From Eubacteriales bacterium (GTDB lineage: Bacteria > Bacillota > Clostridia > Oscillospirales > UBA644): a stretch of 64,000 nt of DNA. Of this stretch, positions 19,994 through 29,052 are shown piece after piece. Numbering within the stretch: position 1 is the first letter of the stretch; each line of letters starts with the position of its first letter. The notes beneath the pieces were generated by a model that ran no database searches, was not told the origin of the DNA, and saw nothing but the letters and a program-made list of their open reading frames with translations. Location: assembly GCA_045603745.1 (NCBI GenBank), contig JAZUMQ010000049.1, positions 64,743 through 128,742 on the forward strand. Direction: 5' to 3'. The position numbers were made by a program, and so were the translations under genes.

Positions 19994-22900
19994 TTATTTC
20001 TTGAAATATTCCACAGCGGATTGGAAGAGTTTCATATCGTACAGACCGGGAACGTTGCGGTACAGATTGTTGCCGATACGTTCCGAGTGCCCCATCTTAC
20101 CCAAAACTCTGCCGTCGGGAGAAGTAATACCTTCCACCGCAAAAATGGAGCCGTTGGGATTGAAGGCGGTATCCAAGGTGGGGTTGCCGTTCAGATCCAC
20201 GTACTGGGTGGCAATCTGACCGTTTTCTGCCAATTTCAAAATCAGATCCTCGGAAGCAAGAAAACGTCCTTCTCCGTGGGAGATGGGAACAGTGTAGATT
20301 TCGCCTACCTTCGTACCGGACAACCAGGGGGATTTGTTGGTACAAACCCGAGTGCGAACCAGTTTGGATTGGTGGCGGCTGATGGTATTGTAGGTCAAAG
20401 TGGGACAATTTTCATCGGTGTCGATAATCTTCCCGTAGGGAACCAAACCCAATTTGATCAATGCCTGGAAACCGTTACAAATACCGAGCATCAAGCCGTC
20501 GCGGTCTTCCAGCAATTTGCTCACCTGTTCTTTGACGGCGGGGTTGCGGAAGAAAGAAGTGATAAACTTGGCAGAACCGTCGGGTTCGTCACCGCCGGAG
20601 AATCCGCCGGGCAAGAAGACCATTTGGCTTTCGGCAAGTTTTTGAGAGACGGTTTCCACACTGCGAGCAACGTCATCTGCCGTCAGGTTACGAATCACGA
20701 CGATATTCGCTTCGGCACCGGCGGCTTGCATGACCTTGGCAGAATCGTATTCACAGTTCGTTCCGGGGAATACGGGAATCAAAACCTTGGGTTTTGCACA
20801 CTTGACGGCGGGGGAAGCGATATTTCCGCCTTCGTAAGAGAAGGTGGTCAAACTGCTTTGAGCAGGAGCTTTGGTGGGATATACGCTCTCCAAAACGCCT
20901 TCGTTAAGAGCGAGAAGTTCGGCGATGGAAACTGATTCATTTCCAAGGTCGATGACCGGTTCTTCGGTGGTCTTTCCGATTTCGGTGGCATAATCACATT
21001 GGACGGGTTCGTCCAATTCTGCCACGATAAAGTCGTACATCATTCCGCCATACCATTCGGATACGACACCGTTGGACTGAAAGCCGATTTCGTTCCCGAA
21101 GGACATTTTCATGACCGCTTCCGCAAGTCCGTTTTCCACTGCCCAAGCGGATTTTACTTTTCCGGCTTTGCAGAGATCATGGAAACAATCCCATGCGGCT
21201 TTGGTGGATTCGGGGGTCGTATCCTTGGGAGCGAAGAGATAGACAGGATTTCCGGCTTGTTTGAATTCGGGAGAAATTACATCGCCCGCTTTCATGGGGG
21301 CAATGGCGAAAGAAATCAAGGTGGGGGGAACATCTTTGTCCAAGAAAGTACCGGACATAGAGTCCTTGCCTCCGATGGCGGCGGCATTCAACTCCAACTG
21401 AGCGTCCATGGCGCCCAGAAGAGCGGCAAAAGGTTTCCCCCAGCGGGTAGGTTCGGTACGAAGTCTTTCAAAGAATTCCTGTAAGGTGAGGTAAGCATCT
21501 TTATAATCCGCACCGGAAGCAACGATCTTTGCCACGGAATTATAAACCGCGGCACGGGCACCGGTATAGGGATCGACAGACATGGTATCCGGATCCAAGC
21601 CCCACGCCATCACACTGGCGGAATCGGTAGTTTGACCGGGCAAAACCGGGAGAAGTGCCGCCATAGATTGAGCGGGGGTTCGCTGGGTTTTTCCGCCAAA
21701 GGGCATCAGAATGGAACCGGCTCCGATGGAACCGTCAAAGCGTTCCACCAAGCCGCGACGCGATGCGGTTTTCAAATCGCCTGCCATCTGGCGAAGATCG
21801 GAATACAATGCGTTTGAGAAAACCGAAAGATCCTTTTCGGTTACTTCTACAACGGTGTGTTTGTCGGCACCGTTGGTATTCAAAAATTCCCGGGAAAGGT
21901 CTGCGATGGTCTGCCCTTTCCAGGTCATGACCATGCGGGCTTCTTCGGTTACCACGGCAACCCGATAAGCTTCCAGGTTTTCGGTTTCGGCAAAGGCAAT
22001 GAAGGTATCGGCGTCTTTCGCGTCAACAACGACCGCCATGCGTTCCTGGGATTCGGAAATCGCTAATTCCGTTCCGTCCAAACCGTCGTACTTCTTGCGT
22101 ACGGCGTCCAGATCAATCTGAAGTCCGTCTGCCAGTTCTCCGATCGCGACCGAAACACCGCCGGCACCGAAGTCGTTGCAACGTTTGATCAATCTGGTAA
22201 CCTTGGCGTTGCGGAACAAACGTTGAATTTTCCGTTCCTCGGGGGCGTTCCCCTTTTGAACTTCCGACGCCATGGTGGTGAGAGATTTCATGTTATGGCT
22301 CTTGGAAGAACCGGTAGCACCGCCGATGCCGTCACGACCGGTGCGACCGCCCAAAAGAATGATCACGTCTCCGGCTGCGGGACGTTCCCGACGGACGTTA
22401 TAGGTGGGAGCTGCGGCAACGACCGCCCCACATTCCAAACGTTTTGCCACGTATCCGTCGTGATAAACTTCCGCAACGTGACCGGTAGCAAGTCCGATCT
22501 GATTCCCGTAGGAAGAATAACCGGCGGCGGCAGTTTGACAAAGTTTGCGCTGGGGAAGCTTACCGGGGATGGTATCTGCAAGAGAAGTTCTGGGGTCTCC
22601 CGCACCGGTAACGCGCATCGCCTGATGAACGTAAGCACGGCCGGAAAGAGGATCGCGGATACAACCACCGATACAGGTGGCAGCACCGCCGAAGGGTTCA
22701 ATCTCGGTGGGGTGGTTATGGGTTTCGTTTTTGAACATCAAAAGCCAATCCTGATCCTCTCCGTTGACCGTGGCGGTCATATGAATGGAGCAGGCGTTAA
22801 TTTCTTCACTTTCGTCCAATTCGGGAAGAACCCCGCGTTTCTTCAGGGTCTTCACAGCAATGGTGGCAATATCCATCAAGGTTTGAGGACGTTTTGCCGC

Positions 22901-23683
22901 CCTTTCTTCCCCATATACTTCCACACGTGAAGCAAGATAACGTTCGTATGCCTTGGCAACGGCGGGATCGTGAATGGTCACGTTGTCAATATGGGTAGAG
23001 AACGTGGTATGACGGCAGTGATCCGACCAATAGGTATCTACAACGCGAATTTCGGTGATGGTGGGATCCCGTTTTTCCTCGTTCTTGAAGTAGTTCTGCA
23101 AAAATTTCAAATCGTCCAGATCCATGGCAAGACCAAGGCGATCCAAAAGATCGGAAAGCCCCTGATCGTCCATTCCGATAAAACCTTCGACAGTAGCAAC
23201 TGTGGTAGGAATAGCGTATTCCACGGCAAGCGTTTCGGGCTTATCCAAAGAAGCCTCACGGCTTTCCACAGCGTTGATAACGTATTTCTTGACGGCGGCA
23301 ACGTCTTCGTCAGACAAAGTTCCGGTCAAAACATAAACTTTTGCGGAACGAACGGTGGGACGTTCCCCCTGACTCTGCAACTGAATACATTGCGCGGCGG
23401 AATCCGCCCGCTGATCGAACTGACCGGGCAGAGGCTCTACGGCAAATACGATGCCACCCATGGGATCTATCGCATCGGTAACAATGTCCAACTGAGGCTC
23501 GGAGAAAATGGTACGGACGGCTTTATCAAACAAAGCCTGGTCAATATTTTCCACGTCGTAGCGATTGATAACCCTCACACTCTTCAGCGCTTGAATTCCT
23601 ACTAAATTTTTCAGCTCGGAACAAAGTCCGTTGGCTTCGTGTGCCAGTTGAGGACGTTTTTCCACATATACTCGAAAAACCAT
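19994..23683 (-). CDS. purL: Phosphoribosylformylglycinamidine synthase, single-chain (PurL-PurQ fused) form
   Basis: 1229 aa. N-terminal PurS-like domain, central FGAM synthetase domains, and a C-terminal glutamine amidotransferase (GICNGFQAL, HSE). Confidence 0.95.
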   Translation of the reverse strand: MVFRVYVEKRPQLAHEANGLCSELKNLVGIQALKSVRVINRYDVENIDQALFDKAVRTIFSEPQLDIVTDAIDPMGGIVFAVEPLPGQFDQRADSAAQCIQLQSQGERPTVRSAKVYVLTGTLSDEDVAAVKKYVINAVESREASLDKPETLAVEYAIPTTVATVEGFIGMDDQGLSDLLDRLGLAMDLDDLKFLQNYFKNEEKRDPTITEIRVVDTYWSDHCRHTTFSTHIDNVTIHDPAVAKAYERYLASRVEVYGEERAAKRPQTLMDIATIAVKTLKKRGVLPELDESEEINACSIHMTATVNGEDQDWLLMFKNETHNHPTEIEPFGGAATCIGGCIRDPLSGRAYVHQAMRVTGAGDPRTSLADTIPGKLPQRKLCQTAAAGYSSYGNQIGLATGHVAEVYHDGYVAKRLECGAVVAAAPTYNVRRERPAAGDVIILLGGRTGRDGIGGATGSSKSHNMKSLTTMASEVQKGNAPEERKIQRLFRNAKVTRLIKRCNDFGAGGVSVAIGELADGLQIDLDAVRKKYDGLDGTELAISESQERMAVVVDAKDADTFIAFAETENLEAYRVAVVTEEARMVMTWKGQTIADLSREFLNTNGADKHTVVEVTEKDLSVFSNALYSDLRQMAGDLKTASRRGLVERFDGSIGAGSILMPFGGKTQRTPAQSMAALLPVLPGQTTDSASVMAWGLDPDTMSVDPYTGARAAVYNSVAKIVASGADYKDAYLTLQEFFERLRTEPTRWGKPFAALLGAMDAQLELNAAAIGGKDSMSGTFLDKDVPPTLISFAIAPMKAGDVISPEFKQAGNPVYLFAPKDTTPESTKAAWDCFHDLCKAGKVKSAWAVENGLAEAVMKMSFGNEIGFQSNGVVSEWYGGMMYDFIVAELDEPVQCDYATEIGKTTEEPVIDLGNESVSIAELLALNEGVLESVYPTKAPAQSSLTTFSYEGGNIASPAVKCAKPKVLIPVFPGTNCEYDSAKVMQAAGAEANIVVIRNLTADDVARSVETVSQKLAESQMVFLPGGFSGGDEPDGSAKFITSFFRNPAVKEQVSKLLEDRDGLMLGICNGFQALIKLGLVPYGKIIDTDENCPTLTYNTISRHQSKLVRTRVCTNKSPWLSGTKVGEIYTVPISHGEGRFLASEDLILKLAENGQIATQYVDLNGNPTLDTAFNPNGSIFAVEGITSPDGRVLGKMGHSERIGNNLYRNVPGLYDMKLFQSAVEYFKK

Positions 23684-23693
23684 ATCGTTCTCC

Positions 23694-24965
23694 TTATTTT
23701 CCGGCTTTCAGAGCGCGAGCACCGATGTCCTTGCGCCAAAAAGCGTTTTCAAACGTAATCTGATTTACCGCATCGTAGGCGGAGTTCAGAGCAGATTGCA
23801 AATCTTCTCCGGTTCCGGTGACACCCAACACACGACCACCGGAAGTCAGAAGTTTTCCGTCAGTCAATTTTGCACCCGCAACGTAGACCCGGTCTGCCAC
23901 GGAATCGGGCAGAGTGATTTCAAATCCGGTCTGATATTTTTGGGGATACCCCTTGGAAGCCATCACCACACAGGCACAAGCACCTTCCCGGAACTTTACC
24001 ATATCGGGAGTCAACGTGCCATCGGTGGTAGCTTTCATGACGGTGAGAAGGTCGCTTTCCAACAGCGGCAAGACCACCTGAGTTTCCGGATCTCCGAAAC
24101 GGCAGTTGTATTCGATCACTTTCGGTCCTTTGGGAGTAAGCATCAACCCAAAATAGAGACAACCCTGGAAGGTGCGTCCTTCGGCGTTCATAGCGTCGAT
24201 GGTGGGTTTAAAAATAGTATTCATGCAGATTTCTGCAATTTCTTCGGTGTAATAGGGGTTGGGAGCGACGGTACCCATACCGCCGGTATTTAACCCTTCA
24301 TCGTTATCCAGTGCCCGCTTATGATCCATGGACGAGACCATGGGAACGACGGTCTTTCCGTCGGTGAAAGACAGGACGGACACTTCGGGACCGGTCAAAA
24401 ATTCTTCGATAACCACACGGCTTCCGCTTTCTCCGAAAATTTTGTCTTCCATCATGGAACGGACGGCGTCTTTGGCTTCGTCTCGGGTCATGGCAATGAC
24501 AACCCCTTTGCCCAATGCCAAACCGTCGGCTTTGATGACGGTGGGAATGGGAGCGGTTTCCAAATATTCCAATGCTTCGTCCATTTCGGTAAACACTTCG
24601 TATTCCGCCGTGGGAATCTTATACTTTTTCATCAAGTCTTTGGAAAAGACTTTACTGCCTTCGATGATGGCGGCGTTTGCTTTGGGGCCAAAACAAGGGA
24701 TTCCCACCGCGTTTAAGGCGTCAACACAACCGAGAACCAAAGGATCATCGGGAGCAACAACGGCGTAATCAATTTGATGTTCGGTGGCAAATTTTACGAT
24801 ATTTTCAATATCTTTAGCCCCAATATCAACGCAGGTGGCGTCGGCGGCGATCCCACCGTTTCCGGGCAAAGCAAAAATCTCGGTTACGTCGGGATTTTCA
24901 CGCAATTTTTTAATGATAGTATGTTCGCGCCCCCCGCTTCCGACAACTAATAATCTTTTATCCAT
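23694..24965 (-). CDS. purD: Phosphoribosylamine--glycine ligase
   Basis: 423 aa: MDKRLLVVGSGGREHTI..., ATP-grasp fold. SD GGAGAAAGG. Confidence 0.95.
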   Translation of the reverse strand: MDKRLLVVGSGGREHTIIKKLRENPDVTEIFALPGNGGIAADATCVDIGAKDIENIVKFATEHQIDYAVVAPDDPLVLGCVDALNAVGIPCFGPKANAAIIEGSKVFSKDLMKKYKIPTAEYEVFTEMDEALEYLETAPIPTVIKADGLALGKGVVIAMTRDEAKDAVRSMMEDKIFGESGSRVVIEEFLTGPEVSVLSFTDGKTVVPMVSSMDHKRALDNDEGLNTGGMGTVAPNPYYTEEIAEICMNTIFKPTIDAMNAEGRTFQGCLYFGLMLTPKGPKVIEYNCRFGDPETQVVLPLLESDLLTVMKATTDGTLTPDMVKFREGACACVVMASKGYPQKYQTGFEITLPDSVADRVYVAGAKLTDGKLLTSGGRVLGVTGTGEDLQSALNSAYDAVNQITFENAFWRKDIGARALKAGK

Positions 24966-24990
24966 ATTACTATCTTACCTTTCTCCACAG

Positions 24991-25025
24991 AGTGGAAAGT
25001 GAAGAGTGAAGAGTGAAGAGTGTAT
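24991..25025. repeat. Heptamer array (AGTGAAG)n, promoter-distal flank of the four-helix-bundle cassette
   Basis: In phase: AGTGGAA AGTGAAG AGTGAAG AGTGAAG AGTGTAT. The last unit overlaps the cassette stop codon (25025-25027). Confidence 0.8.
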
Positions 25026-25372
25026 CATTTCGCAGATTTTGTCGTAGCAAACAAGATACGACGAATGGATTCGCAATCGTCAAAAAGGGAGATGTACTCC
25101 TCTTTCGACAAATAATCTGCGATATGCAATAATTCCAATCAATATAAAGTTTCCGCACACTCCTTCAAAGAAATATAAATTTTCGCGGTAAAATCTTTTT
25201 TACTAGAACCGTAGCGCGCTTCCGCAATATTAGCACCGATACTTGTACCGCTACGAAGAATCTGTTTGGAAAGTACATATTCGTTATGCTCGGATCGCAA
25301 ATGAAGGCAAAGATCTACAATGCGTTTTGCAAAAGCAAGAGCTTTCGTATAAGCAACGCTCTCGTTCGCCAT
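25025..25372 (-). pseudogene. Four-helix-bundle protein (23S rRNA intervening-sequence protein family) interrupted by an in-frame TGA
   Basis: MANESVAYTKALAFAKRIVDLCLHLRSEHNEYVLSKQILRSGTSIGANIAEARYGSSKKDFTAKIYISLKECAETLY-TGA-LELLHIADYLSKEEYISLFDDCESIRRILFATTKSAK. The same frame continues past the TGA at 25139-25141. The family normally has E-T-x-Y-W-L at this point. Confidence 0.8.
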
Positions 25373-25374
25373 AT

Positions 25375-25409
25375 CTTCGCTCTCCTATCTTCACTCTTAA
25401 CTCTTTTTA
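25375..25409. repeat. Heptamer array (CTTCACT)n, promoter-proximal flank of the cassette, inverted relative to 24991-25025
   Basis: In phase: CTTCGCT CTCCTAT CTTCACT CTTAACT CTTTTTA. The array contains the cassette SD (AGGAGAG on the minus strand) and overlaps the purH stop (25407-25409). Confidence 0.75.
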
Positions 25410-26591
25410 GTGGTGGAACAGTCGAAGTCCGGTAAATGCCATGGCGATGCCAAGTTCGTTACAACGGGCGATGACCACATCGTCACGGATCGAGCCGCCG
25501 GGTTCGGCGATGTAATCCGCACCGCTGGCGTAGGCACGCTGAATGTTGTCGTCGAAGGGGAAGAAAGCGTCGGAACCGAGAGCAACGCCGCGAATGGTAG
25601 CAAGATATGCTTTCATTTCCTCGGCGGTAAAAGGTTCGGGACGGACGGTGAAATATTTCTGCCAAATGCCTTCGGCGCAAACGTCTTCTTCGTTTTTGTT
25701 GATATAGCCGTCAATGACATTGTCGCGTTCAGGGCGGGACAATTCTTCTTTGAAGGGAAGGTTCAGAACCTTGTCTGCCTGGCGAAGATGCCAGGTGTCT
25801 GCTTTGCCCCCGGCAAGACGGGTGCAATGGATTCTCGATTGCTGCCCGGCACCAACACCGATTGCCTGACCGTCAACGGCATAGCAAACGGAATTGGATT
25901 GAGTGTATTTCAGAGTAATCAAGGCGACGACCAGATCCCGTTTGGCGGATTCGGGGAGATTTTTGTTTTCGGTCACGACGTTTTCCAGCATCTTTGCATC
26001 AATGCGGACGTCGTTTCTGCCCTGTTCAAAGGTGATGCCGTAAACTTGCTTATGTTCAATAGCAGCGGGAACGTAATCGGGGTCGATTTTAACCACGTTA
26101 TAGTTTCCTTTGCGCTTGGTTTTCAAAAGTTCCAGAGCTTCGTCGGTATATCCGGGAGCGATGACACCGTCGGAAACTTCCCGGAAGATCAATTGGGCCG
26201 TCATCAGATCGCAAACGTCGGACAGTGCAACCCAGTCTCCGTAGGAGCACATACGGTCGGTTCCCCGAGCTCGGGCATAGGCGCAAGCCAGAGGGTTTTC
26301 GTCCAAGCCTTCAATGTCGTCCACAAAGCAAGCCTTTTTGAGTTTTTCGGGCAGAGGCGTACCGACGGCGGCAGAGGTGGGAGAAACGTGCTTAAAAGAT
26401 GCCGCCGCAGGAAGTCCCAGAGCCTCTTTCAATTCCTTAACCAACTGCCAAGAATTAAAGGCGTCCAAAAAGTTGATATAACCGGGGCGTCCGGAGAGAA
26501 TTTCGATGGGAAGATCACTTCCGTCGTGCATAAAAATTTTTGCAGGTTTCTGATTGGGGTTACAACCGTATTTCAATTCATACTCTTTCAT
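25407..26591 (-). CDS. purH: Phosphoribosylaminoimidazolecarboxamide (AICAR) formyltransferase, transformylase domain only
   Basis: 394 aa: MKEYELKYGCNPNQKPA..., ...GGSIRDDVVIARCNELGIAMAFTGLRLFHH. It lacks the N-terminal MGS-like IMP cyclohydrolase domain of bifunctional PurH. Confidence 0.9.
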   Translation of the reverse strand: MKEYELKYGCNPNQKPAKIFMHDGSDLPIEILSGRPGYINFLDAFNSWQLVKELKEALGLPAAASFKHVSPTSAAVGTPLPEKLKKACFVDDIEGLDENPLACAYARARGTDRMCSYGDWVALSDVCDLMTAQLIFREVSDGVIAPGYTDEALELLKTKRKGNYNVVKIDPDYVPAAIEHKQVYGITFEQGRNDVRIDAKMLENVVTENKNLPESAKRDLVVALITLKYTQSNSVCYAVDGQAIGVGAGQQSRIHCTRLAGGKADTWHLRQADKVLNLPFKEELSRPERDNVIDGYINKNEEDVCAEGIWQKYFTVRPEPFTAEEMKAYLATIRGVALGSDAFFPFDDNIQRAYASGADYIAEPGGSIRDDVVIARCNELGIAMAFTGLRLFHH

Positions 26592-26603
26592 TTTGCTTCT
26601 CCC

Positions 26604-27320
26604 TTATTTATTTTTATTGACGATTCGCGTTTCACTGTCTCCGGTTGCAAGGTCGATATAACGGACGAACAGAGAAACCTTATTGTCTTCGTTGAGATTT
26701 GTCCAAATCAGGTCGGTCAAAGAATCAATATCCAGATCGGGTAATTCCAAGGTTTTGGGTTCTCCTTCGTAAGAAGGCAAAGGGTTGCCGTCGCCGTTAT
26801 AGGTATGGATAAATTTGGCTCTGCCGTTGAGGGGATTGGTGTAGGCATAGGTAAAACGCTCACAGGAAGAATCGTCTCCCTCGGCGGATTTCAAAATGGA
26901 CATGGCAAAGTTCATTTCACCCTGCTCGTGGTGAATGATTCCGGAGATGCGGGGAGTAAAGTTGGGAGCATCGTCCTCAAATTCTCGGGTGCGCAACGCC
27001 TGTTCAAAGGTCATTTGTTTATCCATCAGATCGTAAACGGTATCGGTCTGATCTCCGTTGGTGACGATGGTCTTGTTTCCGAGAACGCGGACGGGGTAAT
27101 AAATAATAAGGTGAGGATCGGTCATTTTGGATTCGTCGAACGCTTTGGTGCGCATGGCATCGCCCTCGGCGACAAAAATACGGTTGCGGCTATTTTCACT
27201 TCTGCCCATAATAAAGTAGGCAGTGACCGCTTTTTTTCCGTCGGCGGATTTGCCGATGATGATTCCTCTGCCGTGGTATGCCAGGGAATTGAGTTCATTT
27301 GCAATGGTGGAAATATTCAT
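26604..27320 (-). CDS. IMP cyclohydrolase, PurO-like (archaeal-type)
   Basis: Starts at ATG 27318-27320 behind GAGGAG (MNISTIANELNSLAYHGRGIIIGKS...). Motifs GRSENSRNR, NGDQTD and TPRISG resemble PurO. Confidence 0.8.
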   Translation of the reverse strand: MNISTIANELNSLAYHGRGIIIGKSADGKKAVTAYFIMGRSENSRNRIFVAEGDAMRTKAFDESKMTDPHLIIYYPVRVLGNKTIVTNGDQTDTVYDLMDKQMTFEQALRTREFEDDAPNFTPRISGIIHHEQGEMNFAMSILKSAEGDDSSCERFTYAYTNPLNGRAKFIHTYNGDGNPLPSYEGEPKTLELPDLDIDSLTDLIWTNLNEDNKVSLFVRYIDLATGDSETRIVNKNK

Positions 27321-27340
27321 ATTCAATCTCCTCTCGGACT

Positions 27341-27973
27341 TCAATCAATAATAACTTTGTCGTCAACAACGCGAATCTTTCCTTGACAGAACAGTTTGAC
27401 CGCTTCGGGCAAAATCTTCCATTCTGCTTCTTCCATGATTCGTTGTTGCAGTGTTTCGGGGGTATCGTCGGGTTTGACTTCCACCGCTTTTTGCAGGATA
27501 ATGGGACCTGCATCACATTCGGGGGTCACGATATGAACCGTAGCACCCGAAATTTTTACGCCCTTTTCCAGAGCCGCCTCATGAACACGAAGTCCGTAAT
27601 ATCCTTTCCCGCAGAACGATGGAATCAGCGCAGGGTGAACGTTGATAATGCGATTGGGGAAGGCTTGATACACCTGTTCATCGATGATAGTCAGAAATCC
27701 TGCCAGAACCACAAGATCAATATTCTCTTCTTTCAAAGTATCCGCTAACGCCTTGGAATAATCGGCAATGGATTCAAAAGCTTTCCGAGGAAGCACTTTG
27801 GAAGGGATTCCATGATCCTCGGCTCGTTGCAAGGCGTAAACGCCCGGTTTCGATGCCAAAACGAGGGAAATTGTTCCGCCGCCGAACATTCCGGTTTTTT
27901 CCGCGTCGATCAAGGCTTGAAGATTCGTTCCGCCTCCGGAAACCAAGACGGCGATCCGGGTGGTGTTCAGCAT
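27341..27973 (-). CDS. purN: Phosphoribosylglycinamide formyltransferase
   Basis: 210 aa: [28 protein letters not shown]. Confidence 0.93.
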   Translation of the reverse strand: MLNTTRIAVLVSGGGTNLQALIDAEKTGMFGGGTISLVLASKPGVYALQRAEDHGIPSKVLPRKAFESIADYSKALADTLKEENIDLVVLAGFLTIIDEQVYQAFPNRIINVHPALIPSFCGKGYYGLRVHEAALEKGVKISGATVHIVTPECDAGPIILQKAVEVKPDDTPETLQQRIMEEAEWKILPEAVKLFCQGKIRVVDDKVIID

Positions 27974-29016
27974 ATGGTCACCTTTTCGTCGGAAGCAATG
28001 ATCTCCCCGATGACGTATGCGTCCTCCCCATGGGATTTGAGGATTTCAAGGGCAGTATCCACTTGATCTTTGGGAACGACGATGCTCATGCCGACGCCCA
28101 TGTTATAAGTATTGTACATATCCCGTTCGGGGATATTGCCGGTTTTCGCAATCAGATCGAAAATGGGGAGAACCTTAACGGCACTCTTGTTGATCTTCGC
28201 CCCCAGTCCGTCGGGAATGGAGCGGGGAATGTTTTCATAAAATCCGCCGCCGGTGATATGGGAAATTCCTTTCACGTCTACCTTTTCCAGCAGGGCAAGA
28301 ACCGACTTGACGTAGATTTTGGTGGGAACCAAAAGTGCCTCGGCGATGGTCTTTCCTCCCAGTTCGTCCTTAGAAACGTAAAGGTCGGGATTGTTGTTGT
28401 CAATATCAAAAACCTTACGACAAAGACTGAACCCGTTGGAGTGGATCCCGGTGGAAGCCAATGCAATCACAACATCGCCTGCCGCCATACGGGTATTGTC
28501 CAAAATCTTTTTCTTATCCACGATTCCTACTGCAAAACCGGCAAGGTCGTAATCTTCCACTGGCATCATGCCGGGGTGTTCCGCCGTTTCGCCTCCAATC
28601 AAGGCAGCACCGGACTGAACGCAACCTTCCGCAACACCGCTGACGATGGCGGCGATCTTTTCGGGAATGTTTTTGCCGCAGGCAATATAGTCCAGGAAGA
28701 ACAGAGGTTTTGCGCCGACACAAATAATATCGTTAACGCACATGGCAACGGCGTCGATGCCGATGGTATCGTGTTTATCCATAAGGATTGCCAGTTTTAC
28801 TTTCGTGCCGCAACCGTCGGTTCCGGAGACCAGAACCGGTTCTTCCATGCCGGCAACCGGCAGACCAAAACAACCGCCGAAGCCTCCGACATCATCGAGG
28901 CAGCCCTCGTTTTTCGTGCGAGCAACGTGTTTTTTCATCAGTTCTACCGCTTTGTATCCAGCAGTAATATCAACGCCGGCGGCAGCGTAACTGTCCGATT
29001 TGGATTGAGGATGCAT
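27967..29016 (-). CDS. purM: Phosphoribosylformylglycinamidine cyclo-ligase (AIR synthetase)
   Basis: 349 aa: [11 protein letters not shown]..., GTDGCGTK. Confidence 0.95.
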   Translation of the reverse strand: MHPQSKSDSYAAAGVDITAGYKAVELMKKHVARTKNEGCLDDVGGFGGCFGLPVAGMEEPVLVSGTDGCGTKVKLAILMDKHDTIGIDAVAMCVNDIICVGAKPLFFLDYIACGKNIPEKIAAIVSGVAEGCVQSGAALIGGETAEHPGMMPVEDYDLAGFAVGIVDKKKILDNTRMAAGDVVIALASTGIHSNGFSLCRKVFDIDNNNPDLYVSKDELGGKTIAEALLVPTKIYVKSVLALLEKVDVKGISHITGGGFYENIPRSIPDGLGAKINKSAVKVLPIFDLIAKTGNIPERDMYNTYNMGVGMSIVVPKDQVDTALEILKSHGEDAYVIGEIIASDEKVTIC

Positions 29017-29052
29017 AAGAGTATCTCCTTCCGTTTCTATGGTAATGATTTA

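Noticed and set aside
17768-20935. 1055-aa plus-strand ORF. Similar long ORFs occur at 938..2401 (-), 12936..14330 (+), 25410..26744 (+), 27853..29901 (+), 44079..45560 (+) and 6156..7160 (-).
   Set aside because: Each lies exactly antisense to genes with unmistakable homology (rdgB/fhs/purL, asnS, galT/ATPase, purH, purM/purF, yloV, ftsK). They run straight across intergenic gaps and lack SD sequences. They translate to G/V/F/R-rich low-complexity sequence without motifs. They are best explained by codon bias of the sense genes, with few TTA/CTA/TCA triplets in the mirrored frame.
25139-25141. The in-frame TGA as evidence for a TGA=Trp genetic code (code 4/25) in this organism.
   Set aside because: Many well-supported genes in the window end at TGA at the expected protein length (the aminotransferase, ftsK, HMA and the ATGA-coupled pairs). 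All recognised proteins are full-length under the standard code. The TGA is therefore a local nonsense or readthrough event.
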